64,000 nt of DNA from the human T2T-CHM13v2.0 reference genome, Homo sapiens, in the NCBI RefSeq assembly GCF_009914755.1, contig NC_060936.1; one strand, 5' to 3'. The translations under genes and the position numbers were made by a program. Below the pieces are notes generated by a model that saw nothing but the letters and a program-made list of their open reading frames with translations, was not told where the DNA came from and ran no database searches. Positions 39,085 through 53,978 of the stretch are shown in pieces (positions within the stretch are counted from its first letter, which is position 1; each line of letters opens with the position of its first letter).

Positions 39085-40075
39085 ATTCAGCCATCCAGCC
39101 ATTGCTCAATACAAATTAAGCATTTACAACAAATGAGGAACAGTGCTAGACTTTTAGAATATCATGGTGAATGAGACATAGTCTCTGCCTTCATTGAGAT
39201 TAGAAGGAAGGTGGCCAGTAAACTGACACATCCCATACAGTAGAACAAGCTATTATGATATGATAGAGAAGTGTTATGTACATAGAAATTACTATGAACT
39301 ACGGTCATATATAGAAGGGTACCTAACTCTGTCCTAGCCAATCCAGAAAGGATTCCTGTGGGAAATGACATGTAAGCTGGAACTTTAGGATGTGTAGGAA
39401 TTACAAGGAACAAGGGTCTCTGTGGGTATGTGCATGAATGTGTAAGTGTATGTGTAGAAGGAAGCTTTCCCGAAACTGAAAATAATTCAGTATGTTGCAG
39501 CATAAACTGGCTTGTGGTAGTGTGTATGTGATAGGGTGAAGGTCAGAAATTGGAAGCCTGAACCAGGAGTTGAGTAATAAAGTTCTTTCTGTTCTATGCC
39601 AAGAAGTTGGAACGTTATTATGGGGGCAATAAGAAAATGAAAGTTTTTGTTTGTTTGTTTTGAGATGGAGTTTCCCTCTTGTTGCCCAGGCTGGAGTGGG
39701 ATGGCGCTATCTCGGCTCACTCGCCTCCTGGGTTCAAGAGATTCTCCGGCCTCAGCCTCCAAGAAGCTGGGATTACAGGCACGCACCACCATGCCCAGCT
39801 AATTTTGTATTTTTTAGTAGAGACAGGGTTTTGCCATGTTGGCCAGGCTGTTCTCAAACTCTTGACCTCAGGTGATCCACTCACCTCTGCCTCCCAAAGT
39901 GCTGGGATTACAGGTGTGAGCCACGGCGCCCAGCCAGAAAGTGAAAGCTTTTAAGCCCTCGAAGGATGGAGGCTGGTGAGGGAGGTGAGCACCTCTCTCA
40001 AGGATGAGTTACAGAAAGATGATTCTCCAGCTACAGAGAGGAGGCTGGATCAAAGGGAGACATAGAGATATGCCA
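39085..40075 (-). mobile_element. L2, interrupted by an Alu
   Basis: cattcagccatccagccattgctcaa...aacagtgctagac...gtgaatgagacatagtctctgccttcat (L2 3' end, antisense). Confidence 0.65.
39649..39935 (-). mobile_element. AluSq-like
   Basis: gagatggagtttccctcttgttgcccagg with a (TTTG)n tail. TSD agaaaatgaaagttttt / agaaagtgaaagctttt. Confidence 0.88.
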
Positions 40076-40639
40076 CAAAGCTGACAAGTACTAAGTGCCA
40101 CTAAAGATTAGCTCTCAGATTGCTTCTGGGTGTCCCAAAACATGTCCCTGGTGTGTCATATCTGGGAAGCAAGAATATTTTCAGGCAATGTACAACTCCA
40201 AGGAGCGCCATTGCCTTTCTACCCCGATAGGGTCACTGTATCATAGAAGCAAGGTATGGCTACCAGTGCAAAGAGGCTTAAGGTGTTTGACAAGTTCACA
40301 GCCTGAAATCATTTCTCTTTTTTTCAGGGGCATCTAAAAAACTGATCACTAGTTAGTTTATCTTTTTGGAATGAAGATATCTTGGCTTTATATAACAAGG
40401 CTAGTGAGAGGCACAAATAAGTTTACCTATTTAAACACAACTATGTAAGAAACATAAAGGGTGATACATAATACAAGGAAACATCCTTAGGGGGCAGGCT
40501 TTATGGAAATTAGATTGTTAATATTAAAAAATGTTTTTCTATATAGTCCAGTTCAGAAAAAATAAAACGACTAGACCTAAATACTGTTTTTGGTAAAATA
40601 AAAATATTCTCATTGAATTTCATCAGAAAGATACATTCT

Positions 40640-40775
40640 TACAAATGCATTATATCATTAGTGCTCCAAAAATATCCTTTTCAGGTAGGGATTATTATTA
40701 TTTCCACATTTCATATGGTGAAACTGAGTTTTAATAAGCTGAAATGCGTTGTCCAAAATGTCTCATGTTAATACA
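40640..40775 (-). mobile_element. MIR
   Basis: aggtagggattattattatttccacatttcatatggtgaaactgag. Confidence 0.6.
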
Positions 40776-43195
40776 ATTAACAACAAAGATGGCCTAGAGT
40801 TAGATCATTCCATTCACCACAACTAACTGCTTACTCTGTGCCAGACACTGTAAAAGGCACTGAAGACGCAAGATATGTAAGAGGTGGACCATTGCCCTTA
40901 TTTGTTTTGGATTTCCTCCCATGTTTGCAGGATTTTCTCTTTGCTTTGCTCAGGCTGAGAAGAGCAGTTCTAAACCCTAGAACATCACAAAGGTCCACTA
41001 CATTCCCACGCAGATAGGTGGTTCTGGTTGTTTCACTCTTCACTTGACTGTATGAATCCCCAATATGCTACGGGACTTGGGATGGGGCTTGACTCACTCA
41101 CATGTTAATCCCCTCCAATCCACAGCTTCTGGAAAAAAAATTATAAAGTCGATTTCTGGAGATTTTTATTACACTGTCTGAATTGTGATGCTTTGTATGA
41201 GGTAAAAGGTGGCAATTAAAATTTGTTAGGTATGTCTTAGGTTGCTTGTCGCTGATCTAGACTCTATACTCTGAAAACACAATGTAAACCTTATTATTTA
41301 TCTTAGAGTGTACTCTCCAAAAACAAAATGAAAACATTCCTAGTCAGGGTTACTTTCAATGTGCGCTGATTCACATGCAAATTGGACATATGATCATGGG
41401 AACGGTTTTATATATCCCTGAAGTAAAAAAGCATATTATGGTGCCACCACTGTTCCTAGAAAAGACAGTCATGTGGTGATTAAAAAAAAGAGTCTTTTTA
41501 AAATTCACTTATACAAATTAAAAGCGATGAGATACAGGTATCAATTTTAAAGAAGGTTAATTTTTAGGCAAAGTGGGTTAAAAAAAAGACATATCAATCA
41601 AAGATTGCCAAGGTTTATCACCAGCCACAACATGAAATTGATTTTATAAAAATTAACCCACTCAGCAACAATTTAAATAGCATTTTGGATGCAGTGACTT
41701 GTCACAGTATATGTCAGTAGCTTTTTTCCTGAGAATCTGGTATAATAGGATAAAAAAATAAAAATTCAGTTTTCATCTAATGATCACTTAGGCTTCAGAG
41801 TGTGGGAAATAAGTACTAAAAAAACTCTCTGGGGTTTAAAGCATAGACTGTCTTAGGCTATGAAGTACTAAAGTTAGCAAACCACATTTTCACATCTTCC
41901 TTTGTAGTGAGAACCAAAAATGACACAAAATCCATTCTGTGATAATAATATCTTTCAGTTTTTCCATTATTCCCTAAAGATCCAAATATCTGTCATTCTC
42001 ATGCTGCTAGAATCTCTTCACCAAAGTAAAATTGAGAAAAGTATCTGTGTCCCAGTTTCCACTTTACAGTATTGCACCTGCCAATCAGACTCACCCATTA
42101 CCACAAATAAGTCTTTAGAGGATTGCAAAATGAATTGAGTCCTTCAGATAAGAACCAGTAAAAAACGTATGTAAAATTTCAACACACGAGGATTTTGAGT
42201 GTTCAGATCCTAAATCTCTTATGAATTACATGGAAGGGTATGCAACCTACCCAATGCTAGTCACAATGAATCAAAGTAGCAGTGTTTGCTGGTGGAATTG
42301 TCTTCATCCTCAGACCTGGCATTTGCTTTCATGCCAAATCTACTAAGTTATTTTAATACAGCTGTCGACATCTTAATAATTACCATAAATTCCAGGTTTT
42401 ATTACAACTTATGTAAGTAATGAGGGAAAATACTTAAATTGTTAGTTTGGTTAGATGTCTAAAAAGTAATATGCTAAACCCAAACCCTTCTCATAATTAA
42501 GGAATCAAGTAAAGCAAAAGGAAGATAAGTATTACATTGCTCTAAATTTTTCACATTTTACAATTATAGTTACTTTTTTGCAAGACAGACTATATGGGAG
42601 GTCATTCTGGGAGAAATTCAGGATTGAAAATGATCAGATTTGTTAATGTGTATGCTACCCCAAAAATTGGAAAAGAAATGATATTCAGAAGTTTTATATA
42701 TTTACTAAATATAGTAAAGCTAAAGCTTGAAGGAAATTTTTATTATACCTTGGGAAATTGGGATAGGATGGAAATAAGAAAAAAAATTGATAGCCGCAGG
42801 TTACTTAGAGAGATTTGAAAAATGAATATACTAAATTTTTTTAATTCTACAAAAATGAAAGATAAAATGCTCAGCAAGTAAGCCTTTGCCATTGCAATGT
42901 GTCATAGACTGGTTTAGATTTAAATGTAAAAGATTATTTTAAGTAAGGAGTAATACTCAAAATATGAAGAACTAGATAGAGATTTCAAGGTGAGTATACT
43001 AGCAGCAGTGGAGGTGGCAGACAGGGGAAGAATGGGAGCATTAAATAAATAAGGAAACTGAAGTCAATAAGTAGAGTTAAGACAAGGTGTTAAAATACTG
43101 AGATCAAATTAAGGAATGAATAATCATTTGTTCAATAATTATTATGTGCCAGGTGCTTACAGACATTCTCTTGTTTAAGAAAATATATATACTAA

Positions 43196-44043
<848 letters not shown>

Positions 44044-44044
44044 A

Positions 44045-44905
44045 TCCCACCAAAACCAACTAGAAACCCAGACAAAATATATAAAATAATTTGCTTTAAG
44101 CATCAGACAACAGGCATTACAGGACTATGGTTGCTGAGAAAAGCAAAGCAAAAAAGTTGAATCCTGTGATCACACTAACCTACTGCTTAGAGGCCATTTC
44201 TAGTCCACGGGACAGAGAGAAAAACAAAAAGAGAGAGCCTGGCCTTCTTACTAAGTGAGCAGGCATATATCAGAATTTGGGAGACCACATCAGCTAGAAT
44301 TTGTGGAGCAGAATACCAGAGTAAAGGTAGTTAAAGGGAGTGGGAGAGGGAGAATGGTCGGTCAAGACATTCAGAGGACTCATAAAATCTTCAGCTGATC
44401 TGTGCATGCATGGAGTGAAATTCCATGTCTGGGGGCCAGGAGTGTGGTAGGAAACACCAGAAAACACTTGGCTTGACAGTTTCTGGACTTTACTCAGGAC
44501 TGGAAGGCATTTGCATACACACCTGCAGAAGTAGAATCATCTCATAATACACAAGCCACAGGCTAGAATCCTCAGAAGGGACCAGCCTTAGAAATAAGGC
44601 TAAGTTGGTCTGAGACTAAATACTGTGCTTGGTCCTTAATGCCAAGGCTCAAAAGGAGCAAACTGATTCCAAATAAAACTATGCTAGAATAAATTCCCAC
44701 ATGAATTAAGGGAATACGACAAAATCTAACACTTTACAATGTAAAGTTCACAATGTCTGGCAACTAATCAAAAATTACCTGGCATACAAAGAGGTAGAAA
44801 AATAGTATTCATAACCAGTAAAAAGGAAATCAGTCAAAAGAAACATTACCATAATAATAACAATGATACAATTAGCAGACAAGGCAATTCAAACAGTCAC
44901 TTAAA
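44045..44905 (+). mobile_element. Old L1M 5'UTR/ORF1-start segment
   Basis: aaagttcacaatgtctggc...aaaattacctggcatacaaagagg...aattagcagacaagg is typical of the L1MC/MD/ME 5' region. Confidence 0.6.
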
Positions 44906-47900
44906 AATTTTTTGACACATTATATTTGTATATATTTGGGGGGTATATGTAAAATTTTGTTACATAAATAGAGTGTGTAATGATCAAGTCAGGGTATTTA
45001 GGATATCCTTCATGTGAGTATTTATCACTTCTATGTGTTGGGAACCTTTTAAGTCCTCTCTTCTACCTATTTTTAAACTACAACACATTGTTGTTAACTA
45101 CAGTCACCCTACTCTTCTATCAATGAGTAGAAATGATTCCTTCTGTCTAACTACATATTTGTATCCATTAACCAATCTCTCTATCCCCTCTAGCACCCGT
45201 ATACCCTTCCCAGCCTCTGGTATCTTTCATTCCACCCTCTACCTCTATGCAATCACCTTTTTGGCTCCCAGCTATGAGTGAGAACATGCTATATTTGTCT
45301 TTCTGTGCCTGGCTTATTTCACTTAACATAACGACCCCCAGTTCCATCCATGCTGTTGCAAATAATAATATTTCATTATTTTTATGGCCAAATAGTATTT
45401 CCTTGTGTATATATACTACATTCTCTTCATCCATTTATCCATTCATAGACACTTAGGTTGATTCCATATCTTTCCTGTTTTAAGTAATGCAGCAATAAAC
45501 ATGGAAGCACATGTATCCTTTTGATATATGAATTTATTTTCCTTTGCATAAATACTCAGTAGTGGGATTACTGGGTTGTATGGTAGTTATATTTTTAGAT
45601 CGTTGAGAAATCTCCATACTGTTTTCCACAGTGGCTTTACTAATTTACATTTCCATGAACAGTGTATAAGAGTTCCCTTTGTCCACATCCTTGCCAACAC
45701 CTGCTATTTTTGTGTTTTTAAAAATAGCCTTTCTGGGATAAGATGATATCTCATTGTGGTTTTGGTCTGTATTTCTCAGAGGATTAGCGATGCTGAGCAT
45801 TTTTTCATATACCTGTTGGCCATTTGTAAGTCTTCTTTTGAGAAATATGTATTTATGTCCTTAGTCCATTTTTAATGGGATTATTTTTTGTTTTTGTTTG
45901 TTCGTTTGTTTTTTACTACTGAGTTGAGTTCCTCATATACTCTGGATATTAGTGTTCTGTCAGATGAATAATTGTAAATATTTTCTCCTATTCAAGATGT
46001 TGCCTCTTCACTCTGTCGAATGTTTGTTTTGCTGTGCAGAAGCTTTTAGTTTAATATAGTTCCATTTGTCTGCTTTTATTTTTGTTCCCTGTGCTTTTGA
46101 AGTCTTAGCCATAAAATCTTTGCCTAGACCAATGACTTGAAGAGTCTTCCTTCCATTTTACTCTAGTTGTTTTACAGTTTTAGGTCTTACATTTAAGTCT
46201 TTATTCCATTTTGAGTTGATTTTTGTATATGTTGAGAGATGGGGGTCCAGTCTCTTTCTTCTACATATGGTTATACAGTTTTCCCAGCACCACTTACTGA
46301 TGATGCTGTTTTTTTCTCTAATGTATGTACTTGATGGCTTTGTCAAAGACTATTTGGCTGTAAAGAAGTGGATTTATTTCTCTGCTCTGTATTCTGTTTC
46401 ATTGGTCTAGTATCTGTTTTTATATCAGTACCATGCTGTTTTTGTTCCTATAGCTTTGTGATATATTTTCAAGCCAGGTAGAGTGATTCCTCCAGGTTTG
46501 TTCTCTTTTCTCAGGTTGTTTTGGCTATTCTGTCTCTTTTGTGGTTCTATACAAATTACAGGGTTTTTTTTTTTCTATTTCTGTGAAAAGTAAAATTGGT
46601 ATTTTAAAATTGATAGGGATTGCATTGAAACTGTAAGTTGCTTTGGACAGTGTTTTCATTATAACCATATTAATTTTTCCAAACCATGAGCATGGAATGC
46701 CTTTCCATTTCTTTGTGTCCTCTTCAATTTCTTTCATCAGTGCTTTGCAGCTTTTCTTGTGGAAATCTCTCACCTCCTTGGCTAAATTTATTCTTAGTAA
46801 TTTAAGTTTACTTTTATAGCTATTGTAAATGGGATTGTTTTCTTGGTTCCACTTTTGGCTATTTCATTATTGGTGTATAGAAATGCTACTGATTTTGCTA
46901 TATTGATTTCTCAGCCTGTAACCTTACTTTCAGTAAACTTACTGAATTTATTTAACAATTTTAAGAGTTTTTAAGTGGAGTCTTTTAAGTTTTATAAATA
47001 TAAGATAACGTCATCTGCAAAGAGGGACAAGTTGACTACCTTCTTTCTAATTTGTCTTTTTAATAATTTGTCTTTTCTTTCTTTCTCTTGCCTGATTCCT
47101 CTGGCTAGGAGGTCCAGTACTATGTTGAATAGAAGTAGTGAAAGTGGGTATCCTTGTTACAGTGCTTAGAGAAAAGGCTTTCAGCTTTTCCCTGTTCAGT
47201 ATAATGTTAGCTGTGGGTTTGTTATATATGGCCTTTATTATTTTTGAGATATGTTCCTTCTATGCCTAATTTGTTGAGAGTTTTCATCATGAAGGGATAT
47301 TAATTTTATCAAATGTTTCTTTTGCATCTGTTGAGATGCAAAACCATAATAATATGGCTTTTAATCATTCATTCTATGGATGTGATGCGTATTTATTGAT
47401 TTGTGTGCATTGAACAATCCTTGCATTCCTAGTATGAAACCCACTTGACCATGGTGTTTTTTCTTTTCTATATGCTCTGGAATTGGTTTGCTAATATTCT
47501 GTTGAGGACTTTTGCATCTATGTTCATTAGAGGTGTTGGCCTAAGGTTTTCATTTTTGTTGTGTATTTGTCTCGTTTTGTTATCAGGGTGATGTTTGCTT
47601 CACAGAATGAGTTGAGAATTTTCTTCTCTTCAATTTTTTGGAATAGTTTTAGAAGGATTGGTGTTAGTTCTTTTTTATATATTTGGCAGAATTTGGCAAT
47701 CTACCAAATCCATCTAGTATTGGGCTTCTCTTTTGAAGACACTTTTTATTACCGATTTACTCTCTTTATTGGCCTGGTCAGGTTTTCTATGTCTTCCTGA
47801 TTCAATTTTGATATGATGTATGCTTCCAGGAAATTATCCATTTCCTCCAGGTTTTCCAGTTTGTTAGTATATAGTTGTTCATAATAGTCTCTGATGATCA

Positions 47901-48449
47901 TTTGTATTTTTGTATATCAGCTGTAATGTCTCCTTTTTATGTTTGACTTTGATTATTTGGGTCTTTTCTTGACTAACTGAGCTAGCAGTTTGTCAATTTT
48001 GTCTATTTTTTCAGAGAAATAATTTTGTTTCATTGATTCTTTGTAATTTTTTTAGTCTGTTTTATTTAATTCTGCTCTAATCTTTATTACTTATTTCCTT
48101 CTGCTAATTTTAGATTTGCATTGTTCTTGCTTTTCTAGTCCCTTGAGGTGTATCATTAGATTGTTAATTTGAAATCTTTCTACCTTTTTGATGTAGGCAT
48201 TTAATGCTATAAACGTCCCTCTTAGCACTGCTTTTGCTCTATCCCACAGGTTAAGGTAAGTTGTGCTTCCATTTTCATTTGTTTCATGAACTTTTTTATT
48301 TCCATCTTAATTACTTCATTGACCAAAAGGTCGTTCACTAGTATGATGTTTAATCTCCCTATATTTGTATATTTTCCAAAATTCCTTTTGATAGTGATTT
48401 CTAGTTTTATTTCATTGTGTTCTGAGAAGATAATTGACATGATTTTCTG

Positions 48450-48633
48450 TTTTTTTTTTATTATTATACTTTAAAGTTCTAGGTTACATGTGCACAACAT
48501 GCAGGTTTGTTACATATGTATACATGTGCCATGTTGGTGTGCTGCACCCATTAACTCATCATTTACATTAGGTATATCTCCTAAGGCTTTCCCTCCCGCC
48601 TTCCCCCACCCCACAACAGGCCCTGGTGTGTGA
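48450..48633 (-). mobile_element. Short 5'-truncated young L1PA (about PA3-6) 3' end, nested in the L1MA
   Basis: ttattattatactttaaagttctagg...tacatatgtatacatgtgccatgttggtgtgctgcacccattaactc...ccccacaacaggccctggtgtgtga. Confidence 0.88.
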
Positions 48634-50278
48634 TTTTTTTTTTTAATTTGTTAAGACTTGTTTTGTGTCTTAACATATGGGCAATCTGGAGAACGTTCCA
48701 TGTGCTGATAAGAAAAATGTATACTCTGCAGTTATTTAATAAAATATTCTGTAGATGTCTGTTAGGTCCATCTGGGATAAAGATCAGTTTGAATCCAGTG
48801 TTTCTTTGTGCTTATTTTCTGTCTAGATATTCTGCCTAATGCTGAGAGTGGGGTGTTGAAGTCTCCCAATATTGTAGTATTGAAGTCTGTTTCTTTCTTT
48901 AGAACAACTAATATTTGCTTTATGAATTTTGCTGCTTCCATGCTGGGTGCATATATATTTAGAAATTTTTATCTTCTTACTGGACTGATCACTTACCATT
49001 ATGTAGTGACCTTCTTTGTCTCTTTTTAAATTGGTGTTTCTGACTTATAAAGTCTGTTTTATCTGATATAAGTATAGCTACTCCTGCTTGCTTTTGGTTT
49101 CTGTTTGCATGAAATATATTTTTCTGTTTCTTTATTTTCAGTCAATATGTGTCTTTACAGGTAAAATGCATTTATTGTAGGTAGCGTATAGTTGGATCAT
49201 TTTTAAAAATCCATTCAGCCAGTCTATCTTTTAAGTGGAGAATTGGTTTACATTCCAAGTTACTTTTCATATGTGAGGTTTTGTTTCTGTCATTTTGTTG
49301 ATTGTTTTCTGATTGTTTGGTGTATTCTTTACCTTTTTTCTCTCTCTCTCTTAATGTTTGTCATTGTAGGTTGATGATTTTTCTGTATTGGTAACATTCT
49401 AGTTTTTTGTCTTCCTCTTTTACATGTTTGCTTAGCCAGTAAGTTTTATACTTTCACGTGTTTTCACATTGGTAATTGTCATTCTTTTGATTCCAGATTT
49501 AGGGATCACTTGAGCATGCCTTGTAGGGCTGGTCTAGTGGTGATGAATATTCTCAGCTTTGTTTGTCTGAGGAAGACTATTTCTCTTTCATTGATAAAAG
49601 ATAAATGAAGATAGATCATGCTGAATATTGTTTCTTGGTTGGCAATATTTTTTTCTTTCAGCACATGAATATGTCATCCCATTCTCTCCTAGCTTATAAG
49701 ATTTCTACTGAGAAATCTACTGTTAGTCTGATGGGGATTCCTTTATAGGTCACTAGATGCTTTTCTCTTGCTGTTTTTAGATTTCTCTGTTTGTCTTTGA
49801 ATTTAGACAGTTTGACTAGAAAGTGCCATGGGAAAAGGCCTTTTTACATTGTATTTGTTTGGGGATATTTGGATGTCTAAATCTCTTGCTAGAATTAAGA
49901 GATTTTCACCTGTTAGTAGGTTTCCTAACCCATTTGTTCTCTCTTAATCTTCCAGGATACCAATAACTCAAATATTTGGTCACTTTAGGGTGTCTCATAT
50001 GTTATGAAGGCTTTGATTATTCTTTTCTCTTTATTTTTGTCTGACAGGGTTATTTCAGAAGAAATGTCTTCAATTTTTTATGTTCCTTTTTCTACCTGAT
50101 CTAGTCTACTACTGAAACTTCTGAATGTATTTTGTGTTTCATTCAATGAATTTTTCAGTTCTAGAATTTCTGCTGGTTTTTTAAAATAATATCTATTTCT
50201 TTGATAAAGCTCTCATTTATATGCTAAATTGTTTTTCCTATTTCTTTGTATTGTTTTTTAGAACTCTTTTCTCACTGA

Positions 50279-50596
<318 letters not shown>

Positions 50597-51713
50597 TCAG
50601 CTTCTTTACCATTAACATTTTCAATTCTTTTTTCAGGATTTTGTGAATTACTTTCTGATTGGGATCTGTTGCTTAAGAATTACTGTGTTCCTTTGAAGGT
50701 ATCTTATTTTCTTGCTTTTTCATGCTTCCTGTGTCCTTAAGTTTATGTCTTCACATCTGGATCTTCCAATTTTTTTGGAATTTGTCTTCATAGAGGACGC
50801 TTTTCTTCCTGAAGATGTATTTGTGGTGTTGGTTGTGTAGGGAACTTTGATTCTGGGTACATGCCATAGTGTAGTCTCTGTATGATTTCTTCAGCTGTAA
50901 GCAGCATCTGTTATTTCTTCAGTGGCATAGGGTGTGGTTACTAGTGAGGGCTGAGGTGAAGTTTTGCTGGGGAATGGGATGTCAAATGGGCAGTCTTTGG
51001 GCCCTAGTGGTGGCAGTGGAGGACTGAGCATGTCTGTCCTTGGGCTCCAGGGCAGCAAATGCTGGCACTGGTGTTAGCAGGTCCAAAAAGGCCGATTCTT
51101 GAGACTCCAGGGGACCTACTTGGATACTGGTCGTGGCAGCAGTGGGCTCTGTGGGTAGGAAGGTTCTTCAGTGCCTAGGCAGCCAGCATGGCATAGGCAA
51201 TGTCAGTGGTAGTGGTGGCACAACCTTCTGGATCTTCAACTGTGCACACTGGTGTTGGAAGTGGCTGCAATGGGCTTGGTAGGCCAGTCTCCATCCCACA
51301 GGTGTTATGTGTCAGGAGGTGTTAGCTGCAGGGGAGCAGTATGGTGTGGAGACCCAACTTCTGGTTCCTTAGAAGAGTGCTCAGATGCCAATGGTGGTGA
51401 ACTGGTCTGGGCAATTCCCTGGACCCTGGACTGTATGCCCTGGCCTCAGGGAGCAAAGCCAGGCCAAGCAGGCTTGTCCTCAGCCTCCCTAATGTTGTGT
51501 GCATGCACCGTAGATGGTAAGTAGGGGTAGGGCAATCCCCAGCCTCCCAGCAGAATTCCCAAGTGAAGGATGGTAGCTGCCATACTACTGCTCTGCCACT
51601 CTGGAAGGCTGGGCTGCCTTCAGTGGCAGCAGGCTCAGTTGATTGTGAAGAACATACATGTGTCTCAGATTTTAGCCCCAGCAGAACTTAGCTACCTAGT
51701 GGCTGTGGCCCAC

Positions 51714-51845
51714 ACCTCACTCATGCCTCAGCCCTGGTCGTGTTAGCTCATGCCTCACTTGTGCCTCAGCCCTGGATGCAACAGCCTGTGTCTCACTTGC
51801 TCCTCAGCCTGGTGGCAGCATCCTGTGCATCACTTGTGCCTCCAT
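51714..51845. repeat. Diverged ~38-bp tandem repeat (4 units) in the L1 5'UTR
   Basis: Core ctcacttgtgcctcagccctgg recurs at 51716, 51754, 51792 and 51829. Confidence 0.75.
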
Positions 51846-52323
51846 CTTAACATTGTTGGGCCCCAGGAGAATGCGCAATTTGGAACAGAAACTACCCAAA
51901 ATGAAGTACAGAGGAACAAAAGGTAAAATCTAATTTCCAGAACTTTGGTGTAATATAAAGCAGTATAACATATAGGTGTATTTGGAATTCCAGAAAGAAA
52001 GAACAAGAGTGAACTGAAAAGTAATTTTTTAAAGAGGTAAAGGCCAAAAAATTTCCAAATAAGATGAAAATTATCTCAACAATGTCAACAAAACCCAAAA
52101 AGAATAAATATTTTAAAATAATGGCAAGGCACATCAGTAGGATATTTTGGAAAATGAGTAATAAAAGAAAAAAGTTTTAAAGCAGCTGGTGGTGGAAGAG
52201 GAAAGAAACAAAATTATACACAAAGCATTAAGAATTAAATCAGGCATCTCACAAGAACTTATGCAAGCTAGAAAGTGGTGACAGCCTAGAATACCTTATC
52301 CCCCTCCCAAAAAAAAATCTTTC

Positions 52324-52413
52324 AAAAATGTAATCAAAATAAACACAGTACTGTAAGAAGTGTTAACGAAAAAAATGTAATCAAAATAAACACAGTACTA
52401 TAAGAAGTGTTAA
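52324..52413. repeat. Tandem duplication, period 47 bp
   Basis: 43-bp unit at 52324-52366 and 52371-52413 with one mismatch. Confidence 0.93.
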
Positions 52414-53633
52414 AGGAAATTTCTTAAACAGAAAAAAAGATACCCAATAGAAATTTGGATACACAGAAAAATAAAGAAAAGCACAAAAGATAAGTACATG
52501 AGAAACAAAAATGCTATCTGACAAATAATCCTAATTGAGATTTTAGAACACTCCACCCAACAATTTCAATAATAAATATATTGTTTATAAGTGCACATAA
52601 AGCATTCACCAAAATAGACATATTCCAGACTAAAAAATAATCCTCAATGTATGTGAGAAGATTAAAATCACTCAAAGTATATTCTATGACACAATGATAT
52701 AACACTAGGGGTCAATAGCAGAAAGATCTTTTAAAAATGCTTAAATATATGGATATTAAAGAAGATACTTCTTGACAACCCTTGGGTCAAAGAAACAAAC
52801 AGAAGGGAAGTTAAAAAATATTTGAACTGAATGAAGATGAAAACAACACATTAAATGCTCTGTGGTGCAAAAAAAAAAAAAGCAGAACTTAGTGTAAAAT
52901 TTATAGCATTACAGTTTATATAGTTTATATGTAGAAAAATATCAAATAATTTCAACTTTTACCCTAAAAAACTGGAATAAAAAGAACAAGTTAAACCTAA
53001 AGAAAATGCAAGGAAAGAAACAGTAAAGATAAAAGTGGAAGTCAATGAAATATAAAATCAACATTAATAGAAAAAAGACAATGAAACCTAAACCTTGTTT
53101 TCTGACAAATTCAATAAAATTGGTAAGTTCTAGATGCAATAATCGAGAAGAAAAAGAAAAACTTATGGATTACCAATATCAAAAATGAAAGCAAGGACAT
53201 CACTAAATCCTATCAATATTAAAAAGGTAATAAAAAGATATAGTGAACAACTTTATACTAATGTATTTTGCATCTTAAAAAGAAACATAAAAGTTTCCTG
53301 AAAGATATAAACCATCTGAGCTTACTCCAGAATAAAATAGATAACCTGAAGAATTTTATAAGTATTAAAGAAAATAATTCACGTTACTAAACTTTTCAAC
53401 AAAAAACTTCACACTCAGGTGGTTTTACTGGTGAATTCTACCAAATATTCAAGGATGAAAAAAAGGTCAATACTACACAAACTCTTACAGAGAATAGAAG
53501 AGACTACTTCTCAATTCACTTTATGAGGCCAGCATTATCCTGACACCAAAACCAGGCAAAGATATCACAAAGAACACTACACTAATTTCCTTCATGAAAA
53601 AAAAAATTCTTAAAAACTTTTAGCAAATCAAAT

Positions 53634-53925
53634 TTAGCCATAAATAAAAAGAGCAAAGCAAGCTGGGTGCAGTGGTACAAGCCTGTTGTCCCAGCTACTT
53701 GGAAGGCTGAGGCCAGAGGATCGCTTGTGTCTGGGATTTTCAGGCTGTTGAATGCCATCATCATGCCTGTAAATAGCCATTAGCCATAAATAAAAAGAGC
53801 AAAGCAAGCTGGGTGCAGTGGTACAAACCTGTTGTCCCAGGTACTTGGAAGGCTGAGGCCAGAGGATCGCTTGTGTCTGGGATTTTCAGGGTGTTGAATG
53901 CCATCATCATGCCTGTAAATAGCCA
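53634..53925. repeat. 146-bp tandem duplication covering most of a FAM
   Basis: 53634-53779 versus 53780-53925, with three substitutions. Confidence 0.96.
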
Positions 53926-53978
53926 CTGCACTCCAGTCTAGGCAACATAGAGAGACCCCATTTCTAAAAAATAAAAAC
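53661..53978 (+). mobile_element. FAM (fossil Alu monomer), partly duplicated
   Basis: FAM-specific atcatgcctgtaaatagccactgcactccagtctaggcaacatag plus A-tail. Confidence 0.82.
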
